In this document: in pieces, positions 26,781 to 37,787 of the stretch
How the letters are laid out: each line of letters starts with the position of its first letter
How positions within the stretch are numbered: position 1 is the first letter of the stretch
Assembly: GCA_040767085.1 (NCBI GenBank)
Contig: JAXGPF010000018.1
Span: forward strand, 1 to 57,369
DNA: 57,369 nt
Origin: Kiritimatiellia bacterium
GTDB taxonomy: Bacteria > Verrucomicrobiota > Kiritimatiellia > JAAZAB01
Direction: 5' to 3'
The notes under the pieces: generated by a model
Told to the model about the DNA's origin: nothing
Database searches by the model: none
The model's input: only the letters and a program-made list of their open reading frames with translations
Made by a program: the position numbers and the translations under genes

Positions 26781-29700
26781 ATGACAGGGATGGTCGAGAT
26801 GATAAAAAAAGTTTATTGGTTGATTTTCGCCGTGGCTTTTGGCGCCGGCCTGACTGCGGCGCCGCCGCCGCCGGCGTCGCCGATGGCGCCGATTCCCATT
26901 GAGATTGATTATCCCTGCGCTTTGTTCGGGGCCTGGCCGGTGGCTTGCGGGGTGCCGTTTCCGTCCGCCATGTTGCAGGATGCCGCGGCGCTGGTGGTGG
27001 TGGATGACGCCGGCGCGCCTGTGCCGGCGCAGGTGGACACCACGGCCACATGGCTGGATGGCTCGGTGCGCTGGGCGCTCTTGCATTTTAACGCTTCACC
27101 CGGCCGGAAATATTTTGTCAGGAACGCCGGCGCGCCGGCGCCGGCGGCGGATGTTGCCGGCGGCATGACGGTCGCGGAGACGGCGGGCGGGGTGACGATC
27201 AAGACCGGCGGCGCGGTGTTTTTCATGGCCGCGGATGAAGCCCTGGTCGCGCAGGCTGAATTGGATGGCCGGCGTTTGCTGGCACAGGCCGGCCGCGGCG
27301 CGTATGTGCAGGACCAGAAAGGCCGGCTGGCGCGGTTAGGCGGCCCGCTCAGCGGCATGCAAACGGCGTTCCGCGTCCGGGGTTCATGGTGGACGGTGGT
27401 GCGCAAGGAAGGCTGGTATGTTACGGAATCCGGGGAAAGGCTGGCCCGCGGGATTGTTTGGCTCGAGTTTCATGGCGGATGTCCGTATGTCAAAATCACG
27501 CATCGCCTGGTGCTTACGGAGGACACCAACGAAGTCTGGTTCAAGGACATCGGCCTGGACTTTAACGGAGGGTCCGGGAACGCCGCCGCGGCGGCCTTTG
27601 CCGTTGATCCGTCCGGGCAAAAGCCGCCGCTGGAAGTCAGGCTGTCCGCCGGCGAATCGGCCTGGCTGCTGCAGGATGACTTTCCGCATTTCATGCAGAC
27701 GAATTCCGGTTTTACCGTTACGCATCGCCGGCGGGCGGGGGAGCTGGCGGAACTGGCCGGCGGCAAGGCGTGCGGCGATTGGTGCGCCTGGCGCGGCGCA
27801 GCGGCGGGATATACCCTGGTATTGCAAGATTTTGCGGAACAGTATCCGAAGGAGTTTTACGCCTCAACCGCGGGTGTCACGGCGCGGTTATGGGCGGGCC
27901 GCGGCGGGCGGGAATTGGATTTCCGGGCCGCCACCCTGGCGCGTGAATATTGGGGCGAGGATTGGTGCAAAAAATCCGATCTGGGCCTGGAACGGATAAA
28001 AAATATCTATTGCAACGCCCAGGCTTCCGCGAAGACGCACGTTTTATGGCTATTGCCGGATACGGGCGGCGGGGCGCCGGCGGCGGCGGCGCGCGCGGAA
28101 GCCGCCGCCAGTGGCGTCCATGCGATCGCCGATCCGGCCTGGATCTGCGCCGCGGGCGTCATGGGGGTGGACCTGCACCCCAAGGATCCCGCACGGTTCC
28201 CGCGCGAGGAACTGTATCTCTCTGATTTCTTTGACCGGCACCTGCTGCCCAGCCGCGTATTTCCCATGACCGGCTGGATTGCCTGGGGCGCCAACATGGG
28301 CACGCGTTATGGCCGGGAAAGCGACACGGGCAAATATTACATGACCTGGTGGCGCATGAGCGGCTTGATTGATTATCACATGCGCAACAGCGTCTGGCTG
28401 CTTTATGCCCGCAGCGGCGAGCGCAAGTACCTGGATTACGCCGCGCGGTTCAACCGTTTTGCCGGCGACATGAACATGCACCATTGGGACTGCGGCGATG
28501 CCAAGTCCGGCACCCTCAAGATCCGCGGCGGTTTTGCCGGCGATGCCCTGTACAAGGGGGCCGAAATCGCCAAAATGGGCGAAGCCGGCAGCCCCGGGAG
28601 CCTGCCGATTTACTGGCGTTGGAGCAGCGGCAAGGCCGGCTTGGCCGGCGGTTCCGGAGCCGACGTGATCAATTACCTTTACCACTTTTATTTCACCGGC
28701 GATTGGGATGTCCGGGAACTGCTGGAAGAATGCGCCGCCGCCACCAAACAACATGCTTTCATGCAGACTGCCGGCGTGAGTTGGGGGGGGGAATTTCACC
28801 GACTTGCGCTGCCTGGCGGCCATGTATTCCATGGATTGGGATCCGGAACTGGGAGCCATGGTCGCCAGGCTGGCGTCCCAGAACATGGATTTGGCAAGCC
28901 CCAACGGCGTCTCCGAAAAAATGACCCCCACGCCCACCTATAAGGCCAGCCGCGTCGCCATTTCCATGCTGGCGCTTTACCGCCTGACGCAGGACGAACG
29001 GGTGCGCCAATGTTTTTTGAAGCTGGTTGATTATCAGTACCGTTTCCAGCTTTCCGAGCGTCCGGTGGCCTACCAGAGCGCTTCCGGCATGTATAACGCC
29101 ATGGCGTCCCTGTTGACCGGCGACGCCAAGTACCTGCGCATCGCCTGGCAGAGCGTGGATAACGCTTTGTTTGATTTTAAAACCACGCTGGCTGAAGATC
29201 TGGCCGCTGATGGCGGCAGTTTGACCAACCTGCCGTGGTATCCGGCGCATTTCAATTATTTCCCGTTTGTCAGCCTCCCGGTGCTGATGCAGGCCCGCTT
29301 GCAACATCCCGGCGCGCTGGCGCCGCTGCCCCTCTTGCGCAAGCATGGCGCATCGACGGCCAATGCCTGGGCCGTTTTTGAAAAACAGCCGGGGCAGCCG
29401 GTGGAATTAAGCATGAATTTCAAGCTGGCGGAGGCCGCGGATGTGCAGCCGGTTGTCTACGGGCCGGATGGCAAGCTTTGCCGTGATTTCCAAATCGCGG
29501 CCAAGGAACGCCTCTTTAAATCATCGGTTGTCGGCGAATCGTCCACATACTGGTTGAAGTTGATCCTGCCGGCGGATTTGCCGGCGGGTGATTATCGCGT
29601 CGGCCAAGCCGACCGGGGTAATTTTGCGGTGCTGGATGCAAATGTCGAGCGGCTGTGCCTGGAATGTCCGGAGGGATTCTGGCTCAGCATGTCGGGGATC

Positions 29701-30792
29701 GAGGCACCAGGCGCCTTTTTTTTCCATGTGCCTGAAGCTTGCCGTGAAGTGGAAATGTTTGTCAGCCGTCCCCTGTCCATCACCCGCGGCGATGGCTCGC
29801 CTGCGGCGGCGTTTCCGGCGGATACCGCGGCGGGTGAAGCCGCGGCCGGATCAACCGGCGCAACATGCGTGGGGCGGATCACACTCCCGGCGCCGGCGGG
29901 GACGGCCGGCGACTGGAAGATTTCCTCGCCCGCCCCGGCTTATGTGCGCCTGTTGAATCTGCCGCCCGTCGCGGCGTATCTTGCGCCGGGCCGTTTGTTT
30001 GCGCCCCCGGTTGCCCTGGCCGCGGCGCAACCGCCGCCGGCCTTGCCGCCGGCCGGCGAAAAATATGTCGCCGGCGTGGTGGGCGGCGCGCTGCAACTGT
30101 CTGGCGGCGAGACGCTGCGGTTCAAGCGCGGGACGCCATTGCCGGACGGTTCCTATGAAAACTTCCCGGGCCTGGCCGGCACGATCGAATTCTGGTTCCG
30201 GCCCAATTGGTCGGCGCTGGACCAGGCATCCGCCAAGCTCCAGCGCCGCCAATGGGAATTGGTGTCCGCCGGTCCGCTTGCCATTTATTACCTTTACGGG
30301 CAAGTCCGTCCGGCAGACTTGCCGGATGCCTTTCTGAGCCTGGCGTGCGGCCGGAGCAAATATGCCAGCCGCGGCCGCCACCGGCGTTTTGGCAATATGG
30401 CCGGCGTTTTCCCCAAGGCCGGAGAATGGCTGCACATTGCCGGAACCTGGGAATTCGATCCGCAGCGCCGCTACCCGGTGTTTTTCAACCACTCCCATAT
30501 CTTTATCAACGGCCGGCTGTGCCGGCGCGCCAGTCTGGGCCTTGATATGCTGCGTAACGAGAAGCTGGGCGATTTTGAACTGGCGGATATTCCGGAGTGG
30601 ATTACCTTGGGCGGCGATGGCGCCTTTGATGAACTGCGCATCTCCGGCGTGGCGCGTTACACGGAGGATTTCACCCCCCCGCGTGCGCCGTTTACGCCGG
30701 ATGAGCACACCAAGCTTTTGATGCATTTTGATGAGCCCATCACCGCCGGCGGCGCGGGCGGGCGGCCGGTGGAATGGATGTTCGGCAAATGA
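26781..30792 (+). pseudogene. Secreted PcRGLX/YetA(RIFT)-like + (alpha/alpha) barrel + LamG protein, frameshifted at a G9 tract (about 1336 aa if one G is removed)
   Basis: ORFs 26781-28943 and 28804-30792 align end to end with the intact paralog 50037-54077. G9 at 28783-28791; G8 gives WGGNFTDLRCLAAMYSMDWDP vs paralog [20 protein letters not shown]. Confidence 0.9.
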
Positions 30793-30834
30793 CCGTTTTT
30801 AATCAAGCAAAACAAGCAATCGGAGGCATCAGAC

Positions 30835-33702
30835 ATGCAAATGCGTTTTTGGCTGGCAATCGGGAGCTGCGCCGTCTGGGTGCAATGCGCACGGGTACAG
30901 GCGGCGGAATGCGTTCCGGACCTCGTCCCCATGCCGAAACAATACCAGGCGCTGGCAGGCCGGGTAGCGGTGGCGGGACTGCCGGTGGTCATTGACCTGG
31001 AAAACCGGCAGAGCCAAATCGCCGCCGGGGAAATCATCCAACAGGTGCGGGCGCTGGGCGGCGCCGCCGGCGCGGTTGAGCGCGTAGGCGCCAACTGCAA
31101 CCATCCCGGCATATATATCCTGGCGCTGCCGCAGCCGGCGGCGGCGGCCCTGGCCGCTGAATTGGCGTTGAAGGTCACCGCCGCAGATCCGGGACCGCAG
31201 GGGTATGTCATGCTCGCGGCATCCAATCGCGTGGCCGTCATCGGGAGCGATGCGATCGGCGCTTTATACGGGGCCATGACCCTGCGCCAGATGTTGAAAA
31301 TGGAGTCGAACCAGGTAGTGGTTGCCGCCGTGCGCGTCTATGACAAGCCCGATTATCGGTTCCGGTCCGCCATGGGCGTCCGCCGCGGGCTCTGGCCGCT
31401 GTCCCTGGGCGATCAGGATGCCGTGCAGGGATACCGGGCGGGCATTGACTGGATGCTGCATTTCAAAATGAATTTGATGGATAACCATGACTCGGTGGAG
31501 AATCTGATCCGCCATCCGGAAGATACCAATCGGTGGCAATTCGTGCGTGAAATCAACGATTATGCGATCGAACGCGGCATTTATCCGGTGCTGTGGGAAA
31601 GCACCCGCATCGGGCACGGCGCCTATGACGCCCAGCGGCCCGAATTCCAGAACTGGGATTGCGTCTATAACGGCAAGGGGAAGGGCGGGCGTTATTATTG
31701 CTGGTCCAGGGATGAGTTGGCGCGCGAACATATCCAGCGCGTAGCCGCATTTGTACGCGATTGCCATTTCAAGATGCTGTGCGTGCACCCGGTGGACGGC
31801 GGCGGGGCCTACGATCCGGAAAGCTGGAGCAAGCGCTGCCCGCGCTGCCGCGAGCGGTTCGGCGATGACCGCTGGAAGGCCACGGTGCACCAGTTCAACG
31901 CCTGGGCCGGGATGCTGAAGGAACAGACGCCGGACATTTTGTTCACTAGTCCGCTTTACCCGTATAACGCGGAATACGCGGATTTTTCGCGTTTTACCGG
32001 CATTCCGGAAAACGTGTGGCGCGAAAACAGCATCGATTATTGGAAACGCCTGCACGCGGGACTGGACCCGTCCATCATCCCCATGACCTGGAGCGCGCGG
32101 CCGCAAAACATGAAAGTTTACCGCGAGTGTTTTGCCGGCCGGCCGATATATATCTATGCCCATAGTTTCGTCGGCCTGGGCTATTTCGGCGCCTGGCACC
32201 GGCGCAATGGCACGAATTACGAGGGACATCCCGGCGACATCTTCGCCTATGCCTATTACATGGACGCCAGTTACAAGGTGCTCTGGCTGAACCAGATATG
32301 CAATTGCGAATATGCATGGAATACCGCCGCGCCCGGCAGTGAACCGTTTAACGGCCTGTATTACGACGCCGAAAAGGACCACACCGAACCGCCTGAAATC
32401 ATCAACGATTGGCTGCCACGCGCCTGCCGCGCGTTTTTCGGCGAAAAACTGGGCAATGCCATGGCGCCGGTATATCAGGCCGGCGTCTTAACCCGTTATA
32501 TCCAGGATCCCGGCGGCGCTCTGGCGCTGGCCAACAAGAACCGGCAAAAACCCATGGCGGACGTTGATCCGGACACCGCGGGTAAGGCCGGCAACGAAAA
32601 GGTCCTGGCGCCGGCCATGGTGGACAGCGCGGCGCGGATGGCCGCCCAGGTCCAGGCCACGGCCACCGCCCTGCGGGCGCTCGAACAGGCCTATGCCGCT
32701 TTGGATACCGCGTCCCCCCACCAGCGGAAAATCGTCATGTTCTTTTACAAGCGCATGCCGTTGTGGCATTTGATCGCGCGCGCGCGCCATGCCGAATATC
32801 TGGCCGGCGAACTGCACAAGCAGGGCCGCAAGGACGAAGCCTTGGCGTTGTTGCGCAAAGCGCTGGACGAATATGAAATTGACCGGCAACAGGCGGAGGC
32901 TGTGCTGCAAAAAACGAAACATGAACCGGATTTGACCGTTCGCGGCCCGCTGGATGCCAGGGCCGGCGATGTCCAACCCGCGCCCGCCGCAGTGCGCGAG
33001 ATGCTGGAATCGCGCCTGGCCAGCCTGGCAGTGGTGCTGAAGCCCCGGCCGGCCGGCGACATCGTCAAGGTCGGACTGTATCTGCAAAAGGCGCCCGGCG
33101 CGCAAGGCACGAAGATGTTTTTCGACCGGTTCCAAAACGTCCAGGCGGATTTTATCGATTCCCTGGCTATGGCGGTTTTACAGGATTACGATTGCATTTT
33201 CATCTTCCAGACCGGCTCGGTCATCCGCTCCGATTATTTTGACAATCTGCCGCGCTTTGCCGGCGAAGGCGGGCGCGGGGTGCTGTTCCAGCATGACATG
33301 TGCGGCTTCGGCCGGTATCCGTTCGGCCAATCCACGCCTTTTCCCGAAATCTGTCAATATGCCGACGGGCGCCGCGATGCCACCAACCTGGTGGTCCTGC
33401 TGGCGCATCCGGCCATGCCCGGCCTGGACCGGGGCGATAAAACCTGGCACATGTATTACGATCACATCACACCCCGGCCCGGTCCGCGGGGGGTGGCGCT
33501 GGCCGCGGATGAGACCGGCGCGCCGGTGGTGGTGGCGGGCGAGTTCGGCCGCGGTAAAGTCATTTTCGACGGGAACATCAATATTGACAAACATGATCAG
33601 GAAGCCGCGTTGACCGGTTTCAACGCCGTCCTGACGCGCGGCGCGGTGGAATGGTTTACCGGGGTCAAGCTGGTGGAAAGACAGGCTGGCCGGCGGGATT
33701 GA
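30835..33702 (+). CDS. Secreted protein with GH20 zincin-like N-terminal domain, putative TIM-barrel glycosidase domain and C-terminal class I GATase-like domain
   Basis: Signal peptide; LVPMPKQY, GPQGYV, IGSDAIGALYGAMTLRQ, DKPDYRFR; C-terminal GGRGVLF.H, VVVAGEFGRGKVIF. GGAGG RBS. Confidence 0.7.
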   Translation: MQMRFWLAIGSCAVWVQCARVQAAECVPDLVPMPKQYQALAGRVAVAGLPVVIDLENRQSQIAAGEIIQQVRALGGAAGAVERVGANCNHPGIYILALPQPAAAALAAELALKVTAADPGPQGYVMLAASNRVAVIGSDAIGALYGAMTLRQMLKMESNQVVVAAVRVYDKPDYRFRSAMGVRRGLWPLSLGDQDAVQGYRAGIDWMLHFKMNLMDNHDSVENLIRHPEDTNRWQFVREINDYAIERGIYPVLWESTRIGHGAYDAQRPEFQNWDCVYNGKGKGGRYYCWSRDELAREHIQRVAAFVRDCHFKMLCVHPVDGGGAYDPESWSKRCPRCRERFGDDRWKATVHQFNAWAGMLKEQTPDILFTSPLYPYNAEYADFSRFTGIPENVWRENSIDYWKRLHAGLDPSIIPMTWSARPQNMKVYRECFAGRPIYIYAHSFVGLGYFGAWHRRNGTNYEGHPGDIFAYAYYMDASYKVLWLNQICNCEYAWNTAAPGSEPFNGLYYDAEKDHTEPPEIINDWLPRACRAFFGEKLGNAMAPVYQAGVLTRYIQDPGGALALANKNRQKPMADVDPDTAGKAGNEKVLAPAMVDSAARMAAQVQATATALRALEQAYAALDTASPHQRKIVMFFYKRMPLWHLIARARHAEYLAGELHKQGRKDEALALLRKALDEYEIDRQQAEAVLQKTKHEPDLTVRGPLDARAGDVQPAPAAVREMLESRLASLAVVLKPRPAGDIVKVGLYLQKAPGAQGTKMFFDRFQNVQADFIDSLAMAVLQDYDCIFIFQTGSVIRSDYFDNLPRFAGEGGRGVLFQHDMCGFGRYPFGQSTPFPEICQYADGRRDATNLVVLLAHPAMPGLDRGDKTWHMYYDHITPRPGPRGVALAADETGAPVVVAGEFGRGKVIFDGNINIDKHDQEAALTGFNAVLTRGAVEWFTGVKLVERQAGRRD

Positions 33703-33714
33703 CGGGAGGCGGAG

Positions 33715-34770
33715 ATGGCGGAAGTGAAATTCACACGCAAATCGTTCAGAACATTGGCCGGCCGGGAATGCATCGTCACTTATTGCACGGTGCGCGGATC
33801 GCAGCCGGGGCCGGTGCTGACGGTGATTGCCGGCCAGCATGGCATGGAACACAGCGGGCCCAACCTGCTGCCATCTTTCATGGAAGAAATCAGCCGGGAG
33901 GATTTCGCCGGCACGCTGCACATCTGCCCCTGCGCCAATCCGCTGGCCTTGGAAATAGATTACGAAATATATCCCGAGCGCGAAGACCTCGGTAAACTTC
34001 AGGATTACTATTACTCGCGCTTCCGGCATGAGTTTTGCGTGTTCGGGCTGGACCGCGGCTCCCGCACCATGTACAACATGAACCGGCTGTGGAACCGCCG
34101 GGAAATCCACGGGATCGCTGGTGCAATCACCGCCTGGCTCTGGCGGGAAATCTGCATTCCGGCGGATGTCACCATCGACTTGCACTGCCTCCAATCCGAA
34201 AAACCGCTCATTTTCAACGGCAATCCGGTCAACAATCCGGTGGCCCGGCATTTCGGCGTGGAAGCGATTTTCATGACCAACCCGCAGCCGGACGATTATA
34301 ACCGGCATAATCTCCTGTACCAGGTGAATACCCGGCCGGGTCATTACGGGTTCTGCGTGGAATTCTCGCTCCAGCACGGATTGAAGGAGTCGGAATATCC
34401 CCTCGGTCAACGCGGGCTGCGCAATCTGATGCGGGCGATGCGCATGCTGCCCGGCGAAATCATCCATGACCGGCCGGTGTGGATCATCCCTTACGGCGCA
34501 TCCATGCCGGTCAAGGCCGGCGCATCCGGCCACATCCGGTATTGCTGCGAGCTCTATGACCGGATTACCAAGGGGGATCGGCTCTATGAAATCAGGGACA
34601 TCCAGACGCTCGAAATTGTCGAGACGGCCTATGCCCCGCTGGACGGCATCCTGTGCGGCAAAAATTATCTCCCGGTGATGAAGTCCGGCGCAACCGCCTG
34701 CGCCGTGGCCGCGGCCGAACTGGCCGCGCCTGCCGGGGAAAAACTCGAAAAACTGCCGGCATTCATCTGA
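33715..34770 (+). CDS. Succinylglutamate desuccinylase/aspartoacylase (M14) family deacylase
   Basis: AGQHGME (HxxE), NMNRLW, IDLH, VEF, C-terminal biotinyl-like domain. GGGAGG RBS. Confidence 0.87.
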   Translation: MAEVKFTRKSFRTLAGRECIVTYCTVRGSQPGPVLTVIAGQHGMEHSGPNLLPSFMEEISREDFAGTLHICPCANPLALEIDYEIYPEREDLGKLQDYYYSRFRHEFCVFGLDRGSRTMYNMNRLWNRREIHGIAGAITAWLWREICIPADVTIDLHCLQSEKPLIFNGNPVNNPVARHFGVEAIFMTNPQPDDYNRHNLLYQVNTRPGHYGFCVEFSLQHGLKESEYPLGQRGLRNLMRAMRMLPGEIIHDRPVWIIPYGASMPVKAGASGHIRYCCELYDRITKGDRLYEIRDIQTLEIVETAYAPLDGILCGKNYLPVMKSGATACAVAAAELAAPAGEKLEKLPAFI

Positions 34771-34872
34771 CGGTGCGGGATGGGGGCGGGCTGCAGGGCG
34801 GGGATCGGATCAGCGCGGCGCGGGTTCCGGCTGCCGGCGGCGCCGTGGCATAACTCATCGGCAGGAGGCAAG

Positions 34873-36303
34873 ATGCTAGGATCAATCATATTAATTTTGG
34901 TTTTTTGCGCGCTGCACGCGCCGGCGGCCGGCGCGTTTGCCGCGGATGACTTGGTCTATTTCCAGGCCGGCTTTGCTGCGAACGCGGAAGCTCGCCTGAA
35001 CAACCAGCCGGCGGCGCCCGCGGAGATGCGGGGGGAGCGCTGGCTGGCGCCGGACGGCGGCGGCCCGGCGCTGGCATTGTCCGCCGGCACCCGGGTGGCG
35101 TATGACCTGGGCGTTGATTTTCCAGACCCGTCCGGCTCGCTGGAATTGCGCCTGCGGCCGGAGACCGCGCCGGCTGAGCCGGGCGAAATCATGCGCGTTC
35201 AAAGCCGCGCGGCCGGGAAGGATGGCTTTTCGATTGCGCTGAATTATGCGCCCAACGGTCAACGCTGGTATTTCGAGGTGCAAGGCCGCGGCGGACAATG
35301 CGAACTGGCCGCATGGCATGGCGCCGTCAAACCCGGGCAATGGAACCACCTGCTCCTGACGTGGGACCGGGCGGATGAACAGGCTTGCGCAATTTACCTG
35401 AATGGCGCATGGTTGATGTCCCAGCCGTTCACCGGGCGCCTGGCCGGGCCGGCCGCCCTGGAAATCGCCGTGACGAACGAGACGGCGGTCAAACTGGGTC
35501 CCCTGGCGGTTTATCGGCGCGCGCTATCCAAGACGCAGGCGCAATTGCTGGCCCAGCTTTCCACGCAGGCGGTTGATCGGATCGCCGGCTTGGCGGAACA
35601 AATCCGGCAGGACGACCGGGCGGCGGAGGAACGCCGCGCGCTGGTGGCGCGTCTGCAGGGAAAGGTTGGACGTGTGTATCATAACCGCGGTATGACCGCC
35701 GGGCCGGTGCCGCTGCCGGAGGGGGTGCTGGCGGAAGGTATCCGCCCGGAAGACCTGGGCAAGATTGATCTGGCGCGTTTTGCCGTCATTTATTTTCCGC
35801 TGGGCCCGAATTTCCAGATTACGCCCGATCAATACCCGGCCATCCGGAAATTTGTCGAGGATGGCGGCGGTTACGTGGGGGACTGCCAGGGCGCGTACTT
35901 TGCCGAAAAATTGAAAATTTTGCCGGTCACCTGTTACTACAACAACATCTGGGGCCTTTATAAAATTGCGCTCAAGCCGCATTTTGTCACCGATTACCGC
36001 CGGGAGGAGATCACCATGCATTTCGGCAATGGGCCGATCATGGCGGCGGGCGAAGGGTGCCGTGTGATCGGGACTTACGCGATGAAACTGCCGGGCGATG
36101 TCACGCCCGCGGCGATCATCGTCGGCCAATGCGGCCGGGGTACGGTGGTGATCTTCGGCACTCATCCCACGGGGGAGAAGGTGGCGTTCATGGGTACCCG
36201 CGCGCATTTCAGCGGCAAATTGCTGGGCACCGAAAGGATGTTGGTTAACGCGTTGCTCTTGGCCGCCGGGCTGGTGGATGAGGACGGCGCGCCGCGCCCC
36301 TGA
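34873..36303 (+). CDS. Secreted LamG-like + BPL_N/class I glutamine amidotransferase-like protein
   Basis: Signal peptide; GQWNHLLLTWD..IYLNG (LamG); IRKFVEDGGGYVGDCQGAYFA, FGNGP, FGTHP. AGGAGG RBS. Confidence 0.75.
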   Translation: MLGSIILILVFCALHAPAAGAFAADDLVYFQAGFAANAEARLNNQPAAPAEMRGERWLAPDGGGPALALSAGTRVAYDLGVDFPDPSGSLELRLRPETAPAEPGEIMRVQSRAAGKDGFSIALNYAPNGQRWYFEVQGRGGQCELAAWHGAVKPGQWNHLLLTWDRADEQACAIYLNGAWLMSQPFTGRLAGPAALEIAVTNETAVKLGPLAVYRRALSKTQAQLLAQLSTQAVDRIAGLAEQIRQDDRAAEERRALVARLQGKVGRVYHNRGMTAGPVPLPEGVLAEGIRPEDLGKIDLARFAVIYFPLGPNFQITPDQYPAIRKFVEDGGGYVGDCQGAYFAEKLKILPVTCYYNNIWGLYKIALKPHFVTDYRREEITMHFGNGPIMAAGEGCRVIGTYAMKLPGDVTPAAIIVGQCGRGTVVIFGTHPTGEKVAFMGTRAHFSGKLLGTERMLVNALLLAAGLVDEDGAPRP

Positions 36304-36370
36304 AGAGCGCCGAACCCCGAACCCTGCGCACCGAACGCTGTTTTTAAAACCAACACAGGAGGCAAGCAAC

Positions 36371-37786
36371 ATGAGAAATCATCAGGTCGAATTTCTGGGC
36401 GTGTTGTTGTTGGCATGTGCGGCCGGGTGGGCGGCGACGATTCACGTAGTCGAGCCGGGGACGCCGGGGGTGTTTCCCGCCGAGCCTTATGATAGTTGGA
36501 CCAATGCCGCCACCAATATCGCCACGGCGGTCGGCTATGCCTCCGCTTCCGATACCGTGCTTGTTTCCAACGGCCTTTACCTGACTACTTCCCAGATAAC
36601 CGTCAACAAGGCCATCACACTGCAGGGTTTGCAAGATCCGGAGACGACCATTGTTCAACGCGCCGGTCCGGGCAACCACCGCATCTTCCTGGTGGATCAC
36701 CTGCAGGCGGTGCTCGCCGGGTTCACCATCACCAACGGCGTGATTGGCGGCGCCGGCCAGATCGGCGGCGGGGTGTTCCTGGGGCAGGGCGCCCTGTCCA
36801 ACTGCATCGTCAGCGGCAATATGTCCAGCAACCAGTATGGCGGCGGGATATACTGCCGGACCGGCCTGGTGGTCAATTGCCGGATCATCGGCAATACCAC
36901 CGTGGGCGGATATGGCGGCGGTATATTAATCACGAATAGCGGCATCGTCAGCAACTGCGTGATTGCCTATAACACCTCCACCAGCGGCGGCGGCGTCGGG
37001 GTGTACCATGTCCCGGCGGGCGGGCCGGCCATCGTGGATTGCCTCGTTTACTCCAACAACGCCGGTTCCACGGGCGGCGGCATCTACCTGCGCTATTCGC
37101 AGGTATTCGTTGACCGGTGCCATATTTTCGGCAACCGGGTGACCGGCGGAGGCAACGAATATGGCGGCGGCGGCGGCATCTACGCCATCGCGTCACTCCC
37201 AGCCGGCGGTTACAATTCAACCATCCGCAATTGCCTCTTGAACGATAATTATTCCTATCAGAGCGGCGGCGGCATCCTGGCATACTTCGCCATTGGCGAT
37301 GTCCAGAATTGCACCATCGTCAGCAATTACGCGGCCGCGACGGCGGCCGGCAATGGCGGCGGCGGCGGCTTTTGGATTTATACCGACAACAATGGCACCA
37401 GCGTTTTTGACAATGTGATCATACGGGACAACGGCGCCGGGTGGGGCGGCACCAACTGGCAATTCCGGAGCACTGCCGGCAGCGGCTATACTATCACCAA
37501 CAGTTGCCTGGGTTGGGGCGCGAATGGCATCACCCATTACGTGCTCCCGCCCGCCAGCCGCGGCGGCGGAAATTTCGGCGACGACCCGCTGTTTGCGGAT
37601 GCCGCCTCCGCCAATTACCGGCTGCTTCAGCATTCACCTTGCGTGAACACTGGCGCGAACCGCGACTGGATGGCGGACGCGGCGGATTTGGACGGGCTGC
37701 CCCGCATCCTGCCAGCCGGCGGCGTGGTGGATATCGGCTGTTATGAGTTTTATCTGCGCCCCATCACCATGATTACCATACGCTGA
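36371..37786 (+). CDS. Secreted right-handed beta-helix protein with choice-of-anchor Q-like C-terminus (paralog 1)
   Basis: Signal peptide; repeated GGG(I/V)...(N/D)C.I..N; DPLFAD...NYRL...SPCVNTG...DLDG.PR....VDIGCYE. Confidence 0.87.
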   Translation: MRNHQVEFLGVLLLACAAGWAATIHVVEPGTPGVFPAEPYDSWTNAATNIATAVGYASASDTVLVSNGLYLTTSQITVNKAITLQGLQDPETTIVQRAGPGNHRIFLVDHLQAVLAGFTITNGVIGGAGQIGGGVFLGQGALSNCIVSGNMSSNQYGGGIYCRTGLVVNCRIIGNTTVGGYGGGILITNSGIVSNCVIAYNTSTSGGGVGVYHVPAGGPAIVDCLVYSNNAGSTGGGIYLRYSQVFVDRCHIFGNRVTGGGNEYGGGGGIYAIASLPAGGYNSTIRNCLLNDNYSYQSGGGILAYFAIGDVQNCTIVSNYAAATAAGNGGGGGFWIYTDNNGTSVFDNVIIRDNGAGWGGTNWQFRSTAGSGYTITNSCLGWGANGITHYVLPPASRGGGNFGDDPLFADAASANYRLLQHSPCVNTGANRDWMADAADLDGLPRILPAGGVVDIGCYEFYLRPITMITIR

Positions 37787-37787
37787 A

